A stretch of 32,000 nt of DNA. Source: Nitrososphaera viennensis EN76 (GTDB lineage: Archaea > Thermoproteota > Nitrososphaeria > Nitrososphaerales > Nitrososphaeraceae). Where the stretch lies: NCBI RefSeq assembly GCF_000698785.1, contig NZ_CP007536.1, positions 188,107-220,106 on the forward strand. Direction: 5' to 3'. Under the pieces are notes generated by a model that saw only the letters and a list, made by a program, of their open reading frames with translations, did not search any database and was not told the DNA's origin. A program made the translations under genes and the position numbers. Positions within the stretch are counted from its first letter, which is position 1, and each line of letters opens with the position of its first letter. This document shows positions 30,812 to 32,000 of this stretch, in pieces.

Positions 30812-31219
30812 TTGGCAAACGAAGTCACAATCTCGCTTGCGGAAAAAGAGGTGGCCGCCGGCCAGGAACTGCATGGAACAGTCACGATAAACTACGCCGG
30901 CAGGTGGGACAGCGTGGCGATAAACTCGCAGATAGAGAATTCAAGCGACGTCTTTTCCTACAGCCTGCTAAACGGCAAAAAAATCAAGCACCCGTACGCC
31001 CGCCTGTCGATATTCAAGGATGAGCTGAAGGGCAAGACCGTGGTAGAGTTTGTATCGTCAACGAACCACGTGCCTCCAGCAGGAAAAGATCATACAAGCG
31101 TCAAGTTCCGCGTGAGTCTCATACAGGAGCACAAGGAAATCTTTTCTGACATTGCCTACATAAAGGTGGTAAAAAAGGATACTGTTGCGTCATTTGTGAT
31201 GCCCTCTAACAAACCTTAA
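30812..31219 (+). CDS. hypothetical beta-sandwich-like protein (TTG start)
   Basis: 135 aa. ISLAEKEVAAGQELHGTVTINYAGRWDSVAINSQIE...VKFRVSLIQEHK shows an alternating beta-strand pattern reminiscent of arrestin-N/Spo0M-like folds. This is a by-eye judgement only. Confidence 0.45.
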   Translation: MANEVTISLAEKEVAAGQELHGTVTINYAGRWDSVAINSQIENSSDVFSYSLLNGKKIKHPYARLSIFKDELKGKTVVEFVSSTNHVPPAGKDHTSVKFRVSLIQEHKEIFSDIAYIKVVKKDTVASFVMPSNKP

Positions 31220-31251
31220 GTGCATCTTCTCAAGCTAAGCTGAAAGCCCAC

Positions 31252-31431
31252 ATGAAAGAAAAGTATGCGCTTCTTATCACAGGTATTGTTCTTGTTTTCA
31301 TAGGATGGATGACTGGAGGAATGGTGCAGCTTATTGGACTTCAAGATACTACAGGATTACCCATACTTTTCGTAATAGCAGGCATAATTGCAATTGTCAT
31401 AGCTATCGTTTGGATAATCTATGACAAATAG
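31252..31431 (+). CDS. 59-aa two-TM membrane peptide (below ORF-track cutoff)
   Basis: My own translation gives MKEKYALLITGIVLVFIGWMTGGMVQLIGLQDTTGLPILFVIAGIIAIVIAIVWIIYDK*. It contains two clear hydrophobic helices. Confidence 0.4.
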   Translation: MKEKYALLITGIVLVFIGWMTGGMVQLIGLQDTTGLPILFVIAGIIAIVIAIVWIIYDK

Positions 31432-31612
31432 CGTTGCGAGCTACCTTCAAAGCAGCCATAGAAATCACCACCACACATGAAACCAATGTGAAAAGAAGAA
31501 TTATCTCTGTGGTCATTTTGTCTGAATGTGATATTGCGAATACATAGCCCGCCGCAAACAATGCGATGCTCATAAGAGCAAATATCGCCGTTGAGAGGTA
31601 GTTATTTGGCAC
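31403..31612 (-). CDS. small two-TM membrane protein
   Basis: 69 aa with helices STAIFALMSIALFAAGYVFAI and IILLFTLVSCVVVISMAAL. Its start overlaps the stop of the upstream coiled-coil gene. Confidence 0.4.
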   Translation of the reverse strand: MPNNYLSTAIFALMSIALFAAGYVFAISHSDKMTTEIILLFTLVSCVVVISMAALKVARNAICHRLSKR

Positions 31613-31766
31613 TTAGATTTTCTTTAATCTTCTTTTCCCAGTCTGCCTGAGTTATGACGCCTTTTTCCTCCAGCACATCTGACAGGCTGTCTAGCATAGT
31701 ATTAAGCATAGAGACCTCTTCTCTAAGGTCATCAATCTCCGCTTCCAAGTTGCGCTTTTTACTCAT
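31602..31766 (-). CDS. 54-aa coiled-coil protein (below ORF-track cutoff)
   Basis: My own translation gives MSKKRNLEAEIDDLREEVSMLNTMLDSLSDVLEEKGVITQADWEKKIKENLSAK*. Its ATG overlaps the RHH gene stop (AATGAGTAA). Confidence 0.4.
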   Translation of the reverse strand: MSKKRNLEAEIDDLREEVSMLNTMLDSLSDVLEEKGVITQADWEKKIKENLSAK

Positions 31767-31917
31767 TCTTGTCTCCCCTCAGGTATCCCTTCTCAGACAT
31801 CCATGAAGTAACTATCGCCCTAATTATGTCTGACCTGCCCTCTCCCATCGTACCTTTCAGGCTATCGACAATCTCCATCAAGTTATCGGGGAGTGTCACT
31901 AAAGCCCTCGCCATCAT
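31759..31917 (-). CDS. ribbon-helix-helix (CopG/Arc/MetJ-like) protein, 52 aa
   Basis: My own translation gives MMARALVTLPDNLMEIVDSLKGTMGEGRSDIIRAIVTSWMSEKGYLRGDKNE*. The N-terminal beta-strand (ALVTLPD) plus two helices form an RHH pattern. The start overlaps the stop of the upstream partial gene (GCATGATGG). Confidence 0.5.
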   Translation of the reverse strand: MMARALVTLPDNLMEIVDSLKGTMGEGRSDIIRAIVTSWMSEKGYLRGDKNE

Positions 31918-32000
31918 GCCTTCACCTCAACAACCTGCTCTTCAGGCTTTCGTTCGCCGCCATGCTCCAACGCCTGATCCTGAGTCGCCTTGTCTATCAG
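31914..32000 (-). CDS. C-terminal fragment of an upstream gene (runs off the window)
   Basis: The frame is open from the window edge: ...LIDKATQDQALEHGGERKPEEQVVEVKA*. The TGA overlaps the RHH ATG. Confidence 0.3.
   Translation of the reverse strand: MIDKATQDQALEHGGERKPEEQVVEVKA

Noticed and set aside
1-32000. Search for tRNA, rRNA and CRISPR arrays
   Set aside because: I found no T-loop-like GGTTCGAATCC-type sequences in non-coding regions, no rRNA-like conserved blocks and no regularly spaced 25-40 nt direct repeats. This by-eye scan cannot exclude a divergent small RNA.

Overview
This window looks like a chromosomal segment of an ammonia-oxidising archaeon, most consistent with Nitrososphaerales (soil group I.1b Thaumarchaeota). 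That assignment is inferred from gene content: an archaeal-type amoC, an Amt ammonium transporter, an amicyanin-like blue copper protein, a secreted DM13 protein and many tiny zinc-finger ORFs. The DNA is mostly G+C-rich and densely coding on both strands. I support about 50 CDS and found no rRNA, tRNA or CRISPR array. Recognisable products are: a DUF72::DinB fusion, cyclophilin, a TetR regulator, RNase HI, a SIMPL/DUF541 protein, a large secreted beta-propeller protein, a beta-class SPPY DNA methyltransferase, an isolated amoC, NnrE, an MBL hydrolase, archaeal CobT-like UPF0284, MPG and family-4 UDG glycosylases in tandem, a SirB1/TPR protein, Amt, a CPA2 antiporter, Ogg, an AbrB-like protein, an alpha/beta hydrolase and wHTH proteins. 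Visibly lower-GC patches lie at about 1-1180, 27600-28500 and 29700-32000, and they hold small or unassignable ORFs. The most interesting candidates are: (1) the in-frame DUF72-Y-family polymerase fusion and its zinc-finger neighbours; (2) the UDG-MPG-unknown operon, within a window unusually rich in base-repair genes; (3) the SPPY methyltransferase with two tightly linked small genes and no recognisable nuclease; (4) the orphan amoC with a tandem-repeat promoter element; (5) a 40-nt perfect pyrimidine-purine alternating tract; (6) a translationally coupled RHH-containing operon of small genes at the low-GC right edge. All family calls rest on motif recognition by eye, not on searches.
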